Shown: positions 1 through 9,538 of the stretch, in pieces | How positions within the stretch are numbered: position 1 is the stretch's first letter | Layout of the letters: the number at the start of each line of letters is the position of its first letter | IMG/VR virus record: IMGVR_UViG_3300017651_000010 | Location: 1-25,161 of that record | Length of the DNA stretch: 25,161 nucleotides | DNA from: a virus | Taxonomy: Duplodnaviria; Caudoviricetes | Strand: one strand, 5' to 3' | The notes under the pieces: model-generated | Databases searched by the model: none | What the model was told of the DNA's origin: nothing | What the model saw: only the letters and a program-made list of their open reading frames with translations | Program-made: the position numbers and the translations under genes

Positions 1-122
1 ACATGGCTTCAAGCCTGGCACCATCGCTCCGCTCGTCCATTGAAAATCGTCCTTCCAAATCAACGAGCAGAATCTCAAGCCCAAATCGCGCCGTTAAAAG
101 GTGGGGTGTTCGTCGCGCTTAC
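1..122 (-). mobile_element. IS66-family insertion sequence, left end (partial), with probable start of tnpA
   Basis: Minus strand from 122 reads GTAAGCGCGACGAACACCCCACCTT, which resembles the GTAAGCG... terminal IR of IS66 elements. It is followed by GGAAGGA and an ATG at 40 (MDERSDGARLEAM...) running off the window. It supplies the odd C-terminus (RKRDEHPTF*) of the upstream tail gene. Confidence 0.75.
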
Positions 123-1029
123 GTTCATAGACCGGCTCGCTCGACGTCTGCAGGAAGCGCGAGGCGATGCGTCGAACGATACCTGAAACAGTGGAGACGA
201 AGATGCCGTCCAGCGCGTCCCCCTCGACATCGCAGGTCACGACGTCGCCGTCGAGCAGGAAGCGGATACGGAACAGTCCCGCCGCAAGGCAGGTGTCGAA
301 ATGCCCCTCGCTGACCGTGCCAGCCATGAGCGCGGCGGGTGTCGCATGATCCACGCCGAAGGTCAGCGCCGCGGCATTGGTATACACAGCCCGGATGGCA
401 TTCACCTGCCCGTCATGCACCTGATAGAGCTGCGCTACCGCCGACACGAGCACCGGCGTGATGTTGGCGACATATCCGTAGGACAGCGGTTTGCGCTTGC
501 CCGTCAGATCCTCGCCGCCTTCGACACCTCCGGTCCCGGCATAGGCATTGCTCTGCAACGGCACGTCGAACTTGTAGCCATAGTCCTGCAGCACGACGCT
601 GAAACCGTCCTCGTCGACATGGTAATCGGAGGCCGTCCCGGCGAAGATGGTGATCCAGTCCCGATAAGGCGTCCCCGGGATACCGAACCTCACCATCTGG
701 TCGCGCCCGTCCAGCGCGTAGAACTGCGGCAGGAAGTCGTAAGCCCCGTCTGCGTTTTTGACGACCATGCTCCCCTGCCCCTGGATGAAACCGGAGAAGC
801 CGTCGGAATTGATCGACCGCTGAAACTGGAGCGGATGGTCAAGCGTCCCGTCGAACGGCTGGCGAGGCGGGTCGTCCGTCGAATCCGTGATGAACTCCCG
901 CGTCGAAACGTAGACGCTGTAGGAACCGGTGATGACAAGCTGCGCTTCCGCGACGATGATGGTCGGCGCATCGGATGCGACGGGTGCCGCGCCGAAGGGA
1001 AGCGAGCCGAATGGACGAAGCCCGAACAT
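94..1029 (-). pseudogene. Phage tail tip/hub-like protein, truncated by IS66-like insertion at 122/123
   Basis: Lies downstream of the tape measure. Segment YAGTGGVEGGEDLTGKRKPLSYGYVANITPVLV is typical of alphaproteobacterial phage tail proteins. The stop codon falls inside the IS end. Confidence 0.65.
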
Positions 1030-1238
1030 CAGCGATCACCCAACCGCCATGGGCGGATGACCGCGCCATAGGCTGTCTCGCCGCGTGACCGCTCCAGCAT
1101 TGCGGAGACGGCGTTGAAACCGGTCACGTCGACATGGGCAACGCCCTCGACGAAAGGGTCTGCCGCGACCGTCGGCGGTGCAGACATCCCGCCCGCCGCT
1201 CCGAACGGGACGGCGCCAAAGGGTGAGGAGCCGAACAT
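1029..1238 (-). CDS. Small phage tail-region protein (69 aa) with N-terminal MFGxxPFGxxPFG motif
   Basis: Tightly packed between neighbours (TGATG overlap with the next gene). Shares its N-terminal motif with 94..1029. Confidence 0.6.
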   Translation of the reverse strand: MFGSSPFGAVPFGAAGGMSAPPTVAADPFVEGVAHVDVTGFNAVSAMLERSRGETAYGAVIRPWRLGDR

Positions 1239-1244
1239 GAAGGA

Positions 1245-1649
1245 TCAGACGAGACGGAACTGGATCTGCCCGGCGACACGTTGGAACGTGCCGCCCGACA
1301 TGATGACCTGCGCTTCCGATAGCGCACCGAAGAACAGCATATTACCGCCCGCTGGCGCATCGGAAATCGAGATATGCGTGATCGTGCCCCAGTCCGACAG
1401 TGCCGGACCGATGTTGATCGGCGCCGTCAGGACAGCAAGGCCGGTCAGGAGATCGGCCAGCGACATCTTGCCGGTCACCTGAGCACGGCCATATCCCGTG
1501 CCGACGATCCCGATCTCGTCATCAAACGAACCGGACGTCGTCGGCGAGGCGTCATGCAGACCGAGCCATATCTGCGAGGGCATGGCGAATGTGCCGTTGC
1601 CGAGCAGATGATCGGTCATCTTGGTGGAGGCGTAACGGGTCAAGGGCAT
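1245..1649 (-). CDS. Phage minor tail protein (134 aa)
   Basis: Coupled to the tape measure stop (TGATG). Motifs IWLGLHDASP, GYGR and WGTITHISISDAPAGGNMLFFGAL are typical of a widespread phage tail structural family. Confidence 0.75.
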   Translation of the reverse strand: MPLTRYASTKMTDHLLGNGTFAMPSQIWLGLHDASPTTSGSFDDEIGIVGTGYGRAQVTGKMSLADLLTGLAVLTAPINIGPALSDWGTITHISISDAPAGGNMLFFGALSEAQVIMSGGTFQRVAGQIQFRLV

Positions 1650-4600
1650 CAGCGATTTCCTCCTGCGCCTCGGTTTTTCTTGTCGCCGGCGATCTGCGTT
1701 TCACGGCGAAGCGCGGCGACCTCGCTGCGAAGGCCCGCCATTTCCTCACGGATCGCCACGACCTGCGCATTGCCGGCGGCTGCGACTGAGCGAGCAACCT
1801 CCCGCAACGCCTCACTGTTGTCGTTCCCTGCGGCAACGACGGTGGGTCGGAACGTCCCGGCCTGCATCGCCTCCAGCTGTGGCCGGTACATCGCCGTCGT
1901 GCGGGCATTGGCGACGAACTCCCGTCCATGCACGACACCGGCGACATCGTTGATGCCGATATCGCCGGTGTATCCGCCCGACGAGAATTTCTTGCCCCCG
2001 ACGCTGAAGTAGTTCGTCACAGCGTCTGTCAGCTTGCTCGTCAGTCGCGCGACGGTCAGGACGCTCTCATTGACCGTCTGGAGCGAACTGATCTGCCGCG
2101 CGAGAAGATCGATCTGCTTCTGTGCGGCCGTGACCTGCTCGTCGGCCTTCGCCCCTGCCTTAGCCAGCGCCGAATCGACGCTGTTGAAGATCGCCGCATA
2201 ATCCGCGCTCGACGCATAATACTGCTTGGCCTGGTCGAGATAGGCACGGCTCACATCGGTCAGCCGGGACATCGCGTCCCTGTCGCCCTGATTGGCGAGA
2301 GAGAGCGTGCTCTGATACTGCCGGCGCGCCTCAGCCAGGCGTTCCGTCGCCGAAAGCGTCGAAAGGCTGCTGTCGAGACGGATGCTTTCGCGGAAATCCT
2401 TCACGTCCTTGGCAAACGAACGGAAGGCCGAAATCGCGCTGTCGAAAGCGGACTTGAGGCGATCGATCTCGGAGCGCGCATCGGCCACACGCTTTTCGGT
2501 CGCCTGCGCCGCCTCCTGCGCCAGCCGCTCGGTCTCCAGTTCCTTCAGCTTGGATACCGCATCCTTCAGGAACGACAGCGGAATACCAAGCTCCTTGGCA
2601 TACTTTCGAAGATCGGCCGCGGCGACGTCTGATTCAGTGGCGATCGAGGCGAGAGACAGCGAGAACTCCTGCATCGCGAGTGAGCTGGAGATACCGAGCG
2701 CCTTGGCGTCCTTCAGACGTTCCTTGTAGAGCGCCTGCGCATCCATCATGTCATTGAGGAAGCCCTTGTCGGAAAGAGCGTTGATCGAGCGCTCCATGTC
2801 CTTCACATAGTCGTCGCGCAGCTTCGCCAGCGCTTCCGTCAGGCCCTTGGCGATGGCGTCAGCCGCCTCATCCGCCGTCATGCCGAGCTTTTCGAGGGTC
2901 GTCTGGAGACCGGCCGCCGTGCCTTGCAGGCGCTGTATCTCGGTCTCGATCGCCGTGAATTCGTCCGCGCCGGTGAGTTGCTTCAAGGCCATCTGCTGGG
3001 CGGCCTCCTGCGCATCCTTGATCGCGCGCTGCAACTCCTTCTCCCGGTCCGCCCGCTCCTTGACCTCGTCGGCCGTGAGGATGTTTCCGAGATCGTCGAA
3101 GGCGACGCCCAGGCTTTCCATCTTCTTCATCAGGTCTTCGATGGATGCGAAAGCCGCGATCTCCCGCGCATCACGACCCGTCCCCGTCTTGATGATCGCC
3201 TCGATACCGAGCTTTTCCAGCTCGCCCTTATAGCGCTCGACGGCAACACGATAGGCGTCGGTCATGATGCCCTGCTCGCGCTGGATCTCTTCGTACCATC
3301 CGGGGCCAGAACCCGGGGGGCCGTTGTCGTTGGCGGGCTTCGTCAGCTTCGCCTTCTCGTAATCGCCGCCGGTTTCCGCGAACCACTTCGCGTCCTCGAC
3401 AAAACCGACAAGCGTGTCCGCCAGATCGGTGATCGCCTTCTGCGCGCGGACAAAGGCACCCTCCATGCCGTGCCCGCTTTCCATGGCCTTCATCACGCCG
3501 TCGAGACCGCGCCGCCAATCATCGACGAGGAAGTCGAAGAAGGTCTTCGAAGCGAGATCCAGCTCCTTAACCAGTGCGCTGTCTCCAGCCTTGGATGCCA
3601 GCTTACGTGCCTTGGCGATCTCGTCCGACATCTGGCGCCAGGAGGATTCGAATTCACCCGAAGGCGTGCCCATGGCGGCATCGAGAAGGGACTGGATCGC
3701 GCCACGCTGGGATTCCAGCTCGGCGCGCGCCTGTTCACGCTCCTGCCGCTTGCGACGCGATTTTCCGAAGATGCCGCCGAGCAAGCCAGCGATGCCGCCA
3801 ATTACCGCACCGAGCGGTCCGCCAGACATGAAGCCGGAGATCGCGCCGCCAAGGCCACCCATCGCGCCGTTCTCGGACTGGAGTCCGAGGCTGAAGCCGC
3901 TCAGGGCATTCCCGAGCATGCCGCGGAGGCCTCCCATGCCGCCCTGCGCCATTCCAGGCGCCTGAACGCCAGCGCTGGTGCTGCCCGTCGCGACGTTGGT
4001 GATACCTGTTTCCACGCCGGCCTTTGCGCCGATCTTCACCGCATTCTGGATGCCGCCAGTGTCACCAAGTGCATTATTCACCTTCGCGACATACTGCTCG
4101 GTCGTATTGTAGCCGTCGCTCCTCGTGCGAGCCTTGGAAAGGGGCTGGCCCGAAAACCATCCGCTGATCGCGTCGTTCCAGGTCCCGAACCGGTCATAGA
4201 GCTTGCTGAACTGGTAGGAGGCGGTCTTGTCCTGCGCTACACGGTCGGCCAGAAACTCATTGACGGACAGCGAGCGCCCCAAGGCCTCCTCCGTCCAGGA
4301 TGGGATATTCCGGCCCATGACCTGATAGGCACCGTACGCGCGGTCACCTGAGCGGGTGACGGGACCCGTGGCAAAATAGTTGTTGCTGCTTTCGACCTTC
4401 TTCAGCGCATCAAGGTAAGAGGTGAGCGTGGTGCCGATCGTCGACGTGGTTTTGGTGACGGCCGTGCCGACGCTCGAAATTGCACCGACGAGAGGCTTGG
4501 CCGGAATTTGCGAGGCGGCCGTGGTAATCGCCTTGTTCTGCGCAGCGATGACCTTCCGGTTCGAGAGGATGCCGTCAAGCCATCCGCCAATCTGATCAAG

Positions 4601-7207
4601 AAGCCCGGTCTTGACGGTCGCGACATTGCCGCTCACACCGGAAGCCCCGCCGCGACCGGTGAACATGTTCTCGAAGAACTTGTCGATGTTGGCCTGGGCG
4701 ATCTTGGCGAAGCCGCTCGTCAGCCTGCTGAAAAATTCATCCGCGTCTTTGATCGGTCCGGAGAACATATCCGAGAAAATTGCGGCGATCTCCTCCGCGG
4801 CATCGCGTTGATCCTCCATCTGCTTGTTGATCCGTATCGCGTCGGCGACGCGCTGACCGTCGATGCTGTTGAGGTCGAGGCCGATCTGGCGGAGCTGCGC
4901 GTACACGGCGCGATCGGTATCGTTCCGGAACATCTGCCCTCGATCGAACTCAAGCTGTTCGACGGCTCGGGCCGCCTCGATCGCCGCGGCAACCTCCCCG
5001 TACTGCGCAGCAAGGTCTTTCAGCTGGGCGAGCTGATCAGCGGTCAGGGTGCGCCCCTTGTCCGTTGCCTTCTGGATGAGATCCAACTGCATCCGGTAGC
5101 GTTCAGCTTCGCCACCCGTCTTGCCGACCATCTCCATTTCGAGCTTCATTTGCTCGATGCGATCTTGGGCACCTTTCACTACATCGCGATACGCGTTTGC
5201 AGCGGACTGCCCGGCCTTTGCAGATCGTTTCGCAGCCGCTTCAAGCTGGTCGTGCTGCTGCCTGAGTTTATCGGCGAGACTGGTATCAAGCCGCAGAAAG
5301 AAGTCTCTTTCCTCAGCCTGGCCACCGAAGGAAGGGAGACGCCCCGTCTTCGCCGTCGTTTGAACTGCACTGTTCAGCGCATCCACGTTCGCCTTTGCAG
5401 TCAACGCTGCGAGACCTAGTCGCCCAAATTCTTCGATCGCTGCCGACATATCTGGGTTGGCAGAAGAAAGCGCGACAATTGATCTCTGGAGGTCCTGGGC
5501 AGTGATTGTCCCCGACTGCATGCCGCGAGAGAGTTCCGTTAAACTCCCCTCCAAGCGCGCCAGTCGGCCTGTGAGATCATATGGGTTCACTCGATCGATG
5601 GCATTCTGGAGGTTCTGAAACGCGAGGGCAGACTGGTCTAGCCCCTTGACTGCCGACAAACTCTCAAACGACCGCAAGGCCTCATTGGTCAGATCGCGCA
5701 GCTCCTTCGCCACGGATTCCGAAATAACGCCAGCCTCAGACAGCCTGATGATGGCCTCCTGAAATTCCCGAATTTTTGGGCTACCGGCGCTTACAGAGTT
5801 GACAAACTCGCCGATCGCAACCCTCGCGCCGTTGAACCTCGACGCCATGAATCCCATACCGCTTGCGCCGGTTTGCTCGCGGAACATTGCCGCCTGGATG
5901 TCGGCTACAGCTTGTTGGGACGCTTCCAAAATCGCTTGTGCGGCGTTGCGCGCGTCGTCCCTCAGTCTTGCTTCCAGGATGGATGGGCTCTGCTCGACAT
6001 ATTTCCTCTGAGCTTCAGCTGCTTTTTGATATGCCGGGCCAATCTCCTCAATGTTCCGCTTATGCTCCTGCAGAATGTCATCGACGGTTTTCGCGCCGCC
6101 GGAGGCATTCGTGAAGTATGATATCGCGGCGCTTCCGGCGAAGATAAATAAGGTCGCGAGAAGCCCCAACGGGGATAGCAGTCCTCCAATCATTTGCTTG
6201 AGTGCGGCCATAACTCCAGTCAGCTTGCCGCCATACATCGTCACCTGACCGATCTGCTGCGCCCACAGCATGAAGGGGTTCTGCCCCATCATCATCATCA
6301 TCGAGATGTCTTGCATCTGGAACATCAGGTTCTGCGTCTGAGCACGCGCCATGCCTGCGCTCGCGGTGTAGCCCTTGGCCCCATTCGCCGCCACCTGATA
6401 GCGCGCGTTCAGATCAGTAAGTGCCGCACCATGCTCACGCGCGCTGATTGCGCCCACCTTGTGCGCCCGGTTGAGCTCGTTCAGTTCCTGCTCATATTGC
6501 TTCGACAGTGCGAACAACGGGTTGAACTTCGCGCGTAGAGTATCGATTTCAGCACCGTATGCAGCGATGTCAGCACCGCGGGTCGCGCCGCCGAAATCTG
6601 TCCTCACGCCGAGCTGCGCATTGATCGCGTTCTGCGAGGACCGTGCAACGCTTGCAGACTGCTCAGCCGCCGCGTGCCGCGCAGCGCGGGCAAACTCGTT
6701 GGCCGCCGTCGTCGCCATCTGGTATTTACTATTGAGCGTATTAAGCGCCTCGCCGTGCTCGCGCGCGCTGATTGCGCCTACCCGCACTGCGTGGTTGAGG
6801 TCGTCTAGTGAACGCTCATATTGCTTCGACGCTGCGAAAAGAGGATTGTACTTCGCTCTTAGCCGATCAAGCTCCGCACCATATGCCGCGATGTCGGCCG
6901 CACGCAGATCGTGCATCGTCATGCGCTCAATTTGACGGGCAATATGTTCGGCTTCGATGGCCGCACGCTGGGCGATAGCGTTAAAACCCGTCAGCGCTCG
7001 GCTGGCGAGATTTGCGACGGCCCCTTCTGTGCTCTTGGCTTCGCGACCAAGTTTATTGATGCCGGAAACGGCCTTTTCGACAGACGGTACCATCTTCTCA
7101 ACAGATGTATCGACGTTCTTGGCAGCAGCAGAGACAGCACCAAGACGGCGTGCGGTTTCATCCGCCCCGCGCGTCTCGATGGAAATGCCGAGTGCAGAAA
7201 AGGTCAT
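1649..7207 (-). CDS. Tail tape measure protein (1852 aa) with internal lytic transglycosylase-like domain
   Basis: Long, Ala-rich, helical, in the tail module. Lambda-type TMP motif NLMFQMQDI..GQNPF...QQIGQV. Lysozyme-like segment LKKVESSNNY...AYGAYQVM...YVAKV. C-terminal FSSGGYTG...GVVHGREFV motif. Confidence 0.92.
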   Translation of the reverse strand: MTFSALGISIETRGADETARRLGAVSAAAKNVDTSVEKMVPSVEKAVSGINKLGREAKSTEGAVANLASRALTGFNAIAQRAAIEAEHIARQIERMTMHDLRAADIAAYGAELDRLRAKYNPLFAASKQYERSLDDLNHAVRVGAISAREHGEALNTLNSKYQMATTAANEFARAARHAAAEQSASVARSSQNAINAQLGVRTDFGGATRGADIAAYGAEIDTLRAKFNPLFALSKQYEQELNELNRAHKVGAISAREHGAALTDLNARYQVAANGAKGYTASAGMARAQTQNLMFQMQDISMMMMMGQNPFMLWAQQIGQVTMYGGKLTGVMAALKQMIGGLLSPLGLLATLFIFAGSAAISYFTNASGGAKTVDDILQEHKRNIEEIGPAYQKAAEAQRKYVEQSPSILEARLRDDARNAAQAILEASQQAVADIQAAMFREQTGASGMGFMASRFNGARVAIGEFVNSVSAGSPKIREFQEAIIRLSEAGVISESVAKELRDLTNEALRSFESLSAVKGLDQSALAFQNLQNAIDRVNPYDLTGRLARLEGSLTELSRGMQSGTITAQDLQRSIVALSSANPDMSAAIEEFGRLGLAALTAKANVDALNSAVQTTAKTGRLPSFGGQAEERDFFLRLDTSLADKLRQQHDQLEAAAKRSAKAGQSAANAYRDVVKGAQDRIEQMKLEMEMVGKTGGEAERYRMQLDLIQKATDKGRTLTADQLAQLKDLAAQYGEVAAAIEAARAVEQLEFDRGQMFRNDTDRAVYAQLRQIGLDLNSIDGQRVADAIRINKQMEDQRDAAEEIAAIFSDMFSGPIKDADEFFSRLTSGFAKIAQANIDKFFENMFTGRGGASGVSGNVATVKTGLLDQIGGWLDGILSNRKVIAAQNKAITTAASQIPAKPLVGAISSVGTAVTKTTSTIGTTLTSYLDALKKVESSNNYFATGPVTRSGDRAYGAYQVMGRNIPSWTEEALGRSLSVNEFLADRVAQDKTASYQFSKLYDRFGTWNDAISGWFSGQPLSKARTRSDGYNTTEQYVAKVNNALGDTGGIQNAVKIGAKAGVETGITNVATGSTSAGVQAPGMAQGGMGGLRGMLGNALSGFSLGLQSENGAMGGLGGAISGFMSGGPLGAVIGGIAGLLGGIFGKSRRKRQEREQARAELESQRGAIQSLLDAAMGTPSGEFESSWRQMSDEIAKARKLASKAGDSALVKELDLASKTFFDFLVDDWRRGLDGVMKAMESGHGMEGAFVRAQKAITDLADTLVGFVEDAKWFAETGGDYEKAKLTKPANDNGPPGSGPGWYEEIQREQGIMTDAYRVAVERYKGELEKLGIEAIIKTGTGRDAREIAAFASIEDLMKKMESLGVAFDDLGNILTADEVKERADREKELQRAIKDAQEAAQQMALKQLTGADEFTAIETEIQRLQGTAAGLQTTLEKLGMTADEAADAIAKGLTEALAKLRDDYVKDMERSINALSDKGFLNDMMDAQALYKERLKDAKALGISSSLAMQEFSLSLASIATESDVAAADLRKYAKELGIPLSFLKDAVSKLKELETERLAQEAAQATEKRVADARSEIDRLKSAFDSAISAFRSFAKDVKDFRESIRLDSSLSTLSATERLAEARRQYQSTLSLANQGDRDAMSRLTDVSRAYLDQAKQYYASSADYAAIFNSVDSALAKAGAKADEQVTAAQKQIDLLARQISSLQTVNESVLTVARLTSKLTDAVTNYFSVGGKKFSSGGYTGDIGINDVAGVVHGREFVANARTTAMYRPQLEAMQAGTFRPTVVAAGNDNSEALREVARSVAAAGNAQVVAIREEMAGLRSEVAALRRETQIAGDKKNRGAGGNR
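6390..6905 (-). repeat. Two copies of a ~64-aa repeat in the tape measure, 324 nt (108 aa) apart
   Basis: RAADIAAYGAELDRLRAKYNPLFAASKQYE...VGAISAREHG...YQMA versus RGADIAAYGAEIDTLRAKFNPLFALSKQYE...VGAISAREHG...YQVA. Confidence 0.9.
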
Positions 7208-7266
7208 CGGCTTTACCTTTGACGGTTACGTGAGATATCGTCCGCACCACAAAGCTTGGGGGCGAA

Positions 7267-7524
7267 GTGAAGATATTCGTGAAGTCGAAAGTTCGGTTGA
7301 CGAACACCGGGAAAGCTGGCGCGGCGCTTCTCGTAGCCGGCCCGACAATGTCAATGATCTCTTACTGGCGCTTTTTGGACGAAATATCGCCGGGTGGACG
7401 CGCGAACCTCACGTATATGTTGCAATACGGCATAGGCGTCTGGATATTGCTCGGGCTTCTTGGCGCAGTTTTGCTCTTCGTCGGCCGCTCATACGAGCAC
7501 GAGGCGACCATTGAACGTGAATGA
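7267..7524 (+). CDS. Small membrane protein (85 aa, two hydrophobic segments), moron
   Basis: Fills the gap before the TMP on the opposite strand. GTG start after GGGGG. Hydrophobic segment YGIGVWILLGLLGAVLLFVG. Followed by a hairpin. Confidence 0.6.
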   Translation: MKIFVKSKVRLTNTGKAGAALLVAGPTMSMISYWRFLDEISPGGRANLTYMLQYGIGVWILLGLLGAVLLFVGRSYEHEATIERE

Positions 7525-7550
7525 AGGCGGCCCCGAAGAGGCGCCCTTCA
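7522..7550. terminator. Imperfect hairpin between convergent genes
   Basis: TGAAGGCGGCCCC-GAA-GAGGCGCCCTTCA; no long U tract. Confidence 0.45.
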
Positions 7551-7580
7551 ATAGCCAGAAATAGCCAGCGCCGGTTGATG

Positions 7581-7787
7581 TTAGATGCGTATCCAATCTG
7601 GCTGGAACCCGTCGTCTGCGGGCGGATCACCGGGCCATGGGGTATTGAGGCCCATTTCCTTTCTGGACAAGACCTCGGGGGCAAAACAAGCGTAAGCACC
7701 ATCCTCACCGATATACACCTCATAAGGACGGCGGCCATCGGGCAGGGCACCAGTGCGTAGCCAGTTGTCGATCCACTCCGCCGTCAC
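7581..7787 (-). CDS. Hypothetical phage protein (68 aa)
   Basis: GTGA overlap with the upstream gene stop, purine-rich upstream sequence. Confidence 0.5.
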   Translation of the reverse strand: MTAEWIDNWLRTGALPDGRRPYEVYIGEDGAYACFAPEVLSRKEMGLNTPWPGDPPADDGFQPDWIRI

Positions 7788-8146
7788 ACGCCCTCCCCTT
7801 CATCCATGTCTTCGACGCCCAACCACACGCTGGTGAGCGTCTTGCTCGGTACAACCGTCGTCCCCACCGAGACGGTGATATTCCCACGATTGGTGTTGGT
7901 ATCGCTGGAGACAATTATGCTGGCCGTCTCCACAAGAACAACTCCCTCCACACGCTCCTCCTGCAGGAGATCGTCAAATACCACCAGTTTTTCGTCTCGA
8001 CCCCTTCTATATCGAAGAACGAAGCCTTCATCTTCATCGGCGGTCAGGACGTCACGCTGCTGGACTCCATCGAGATAGATTTCGTAGGATCGCAATTCAT
8101 CTATGGGGCGATAACCGGGGTCATCTTTGTGCACTGAGATGCGCAT
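7784..8146 (-). CDS. Hypothetical phage protein (120 aa; start reassigned to MRISVHKDDPGY)
   Basis: GGAG RBS before the ATG at 8146 avoids overlap with 8171+. Beta-rich DDPGY...IYLDG...TADEDEGFV pattern resembles small phage proteins. Confidence 0.65.
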   Translation of the reverse strand: MRISVHKDDPGYRPIDELRSYEIYLDGVQQRDVLTADEDEGFVLRYRRGRDEKLVVFDDLLQEERVEGVVLVETASIIVSSDTNTNRGNITVSVGTTVVPSKTLTSVWLGVEDMDEGEGV

Positions 8147-8170
8147 GTCGATCTCCGCAGGAGGGGCAGG

Positions 8171-8971
8171 ATGGACGAGGACGTTCGTGATTTCTTTGAA
8201 GAGTTCGATGAACGTGCAAACCTTGTTAGTGGGGCACGCCATCAAGATTTCGCGCGTCTGATGAGACAATGGCTTCGTGCGCTCGATGAAGCGCCGCCCC
8301 CTATCTCACGACGGGTATCCTGGCTCCGCGCCTTGTTACCAATCGAGCGCGTGGAGAGCGAGGTAATCCAAGAAGGCAGAGGGATGGTCGGCTCGGGCTT
8401 GCTCAATTGGCCCGACGACGTTGAGCAGTCGCTCTCCGGTCAACTCAATCTGTTTGAATCGTTGACAGATCGGGACGATAGCGGTTGGCAGTTTGCGCAC
8501 AGGTTCTTCCATAGCCGGTCGCGTAGCATTGACGACATTTTGCACGAACTCACGAGACACTTGTTTGACCCGCATGTTAGCGAACTTCGCCGCTACCTCA
8601 GGAAACGACTGAACAATCCGGTCCCATCAGGCACCGACCACGAAATTCCCGCGTCGGATCGTGTCGTCGGTCTCGATCACAATTCCCAGGCGCATCAGCA
8701 CACTGATGACGCGCTTCAGGACGTCGAAACCAAACTCCAGCAAATCAATCAAGGCAACCCAGAGGAAAAGAACCGTGTTGTTGCAGAGATCAGCGCTGCT
8801 CGGAGACTACTCCAGGCTACGCAGGTTCGGGTAGCCGCATTAGTCGCACTTGTCGGATCTGCTCTTACATGGATTGCCACGCAATTTGCTGAGACCGCAG
8901 CGGGCCAGGCAGCCACATGGGCAATAGCTAAACTTACCGAGTACATACCAATCTTGGCTGGGCTCTTTTGA
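8171..8971 (+). CDS. Hypothetical protein (266 aa), antisense moron, candidate defence gene
   Basis: AGGAGG RBS, 801-nt ORF with no long competing ORF, C-terminal hydrophobic Ala-rich helices. Confidence 0.8.
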   Translation: MDEDVRDFFEEFDERANLVSGARHQDFARLMRQWLRALDEAPPPISRRVSWLRALLPIERVESEVIQEGRGMVGSGLLNWPDDVEQSLSGQLNLFESLTDRDDSGWQFAHRFFHSRSRSIDDILHELTRHLFDPHVSELRRYLRKRLNNPVPSGTDHEIPASDRVVGLDHNSQAHQHTDDALQDVETKLQQINQGNPEEKNRVVAEISAARRLLQATQVRVAALVALVGSALTWIATQFAETAAGQAATWAIAKLTEYIPILAGLF

Positions 8972-9055
8972 CGCTAGAATGCGCACCATTCCTCCCGCCT
9001 CAGGCGCCAACATCGTCCACAACTGGTGGTAAGGCACAGTAACAAAGAGGCATAT

Positions 9056-9538
9056 ATGAAATCCGCGTTTGCTTACCTCTTCTTCGTGGCTACACTGCAG
9101 TTCCCGCTTTCGGCAGGCGTCGCTGCCGGCGACTTCCCTCTTGCCTCCTGCAAGGGCTGGAATGCCACCCTGACAGAGCGGATAGGCGTCAACAGCGTAA
9201 ACGCCGTCTTGCGTGGCATAACCACTCAAGCGGACTTCGCCGAATACTGCTTGAGAGACCCTGGCGGCGAGACCATCGCTTATGGTGGAAAGCTCACCGT
9301 CGACCAATGCGCCCTCAAGTATCTTCACCAGTCTGGCGGCCAACAATTCTCCGCTTCGGCGAATTGCGAAACGAAGTCTCTCATTTTCTACAAGCCGGGT
9401 TCCGATCCAGTGCAGCTAACGTTCCCTCGCCCAGACGGCGAAGATACATCCTGTGCTAGTGGATATCCTCCGATTGAAGGGCAGTTCGCCCTGCTCTGCC
9501 CAGAGGCTGCGGAAGAAATCGGCATTTCGACTGAATAA
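9056..9538 (+). CDS. Secreted Cys-rich hypothetical protein (160 aa)
   Basis: AGAGG RBS before the ATG at 9056. Signal peptide MKSAFAYLFFVATLQFPLSAGVAA. Six Cys in the mature part. Confidence 0.8.
   Translation: MKSAFAYLFFVATLQFPLSAGVAAGDFPLASCKGWNATLTERIGVNSVNAVLRGITTQADFAEYCLRDPGGETIAYGGKLTVDQCALKYLHQSGGQQFSASANCETKSLIFYKPGSDPVQLTFPRPDGEDTSCASGYPPIEGQFALLCPEAAEEIGISTE

Noticed and set aside
1928-5419. Long plus-strand ORFs (234, 475, 303 aa) opposite the tape measure
   Set aside because: Shadow ORFs expected from high-GC codon bias; no motifs. The same applies to 11718..13088, 18106..19284 and 24053..24814.
6287-6301. (ATG)5 run encoding MMMMM in the TMP
   Set aside because: Short, in frame and within a hydrophobic TMP motif; no evidence of phase variation.
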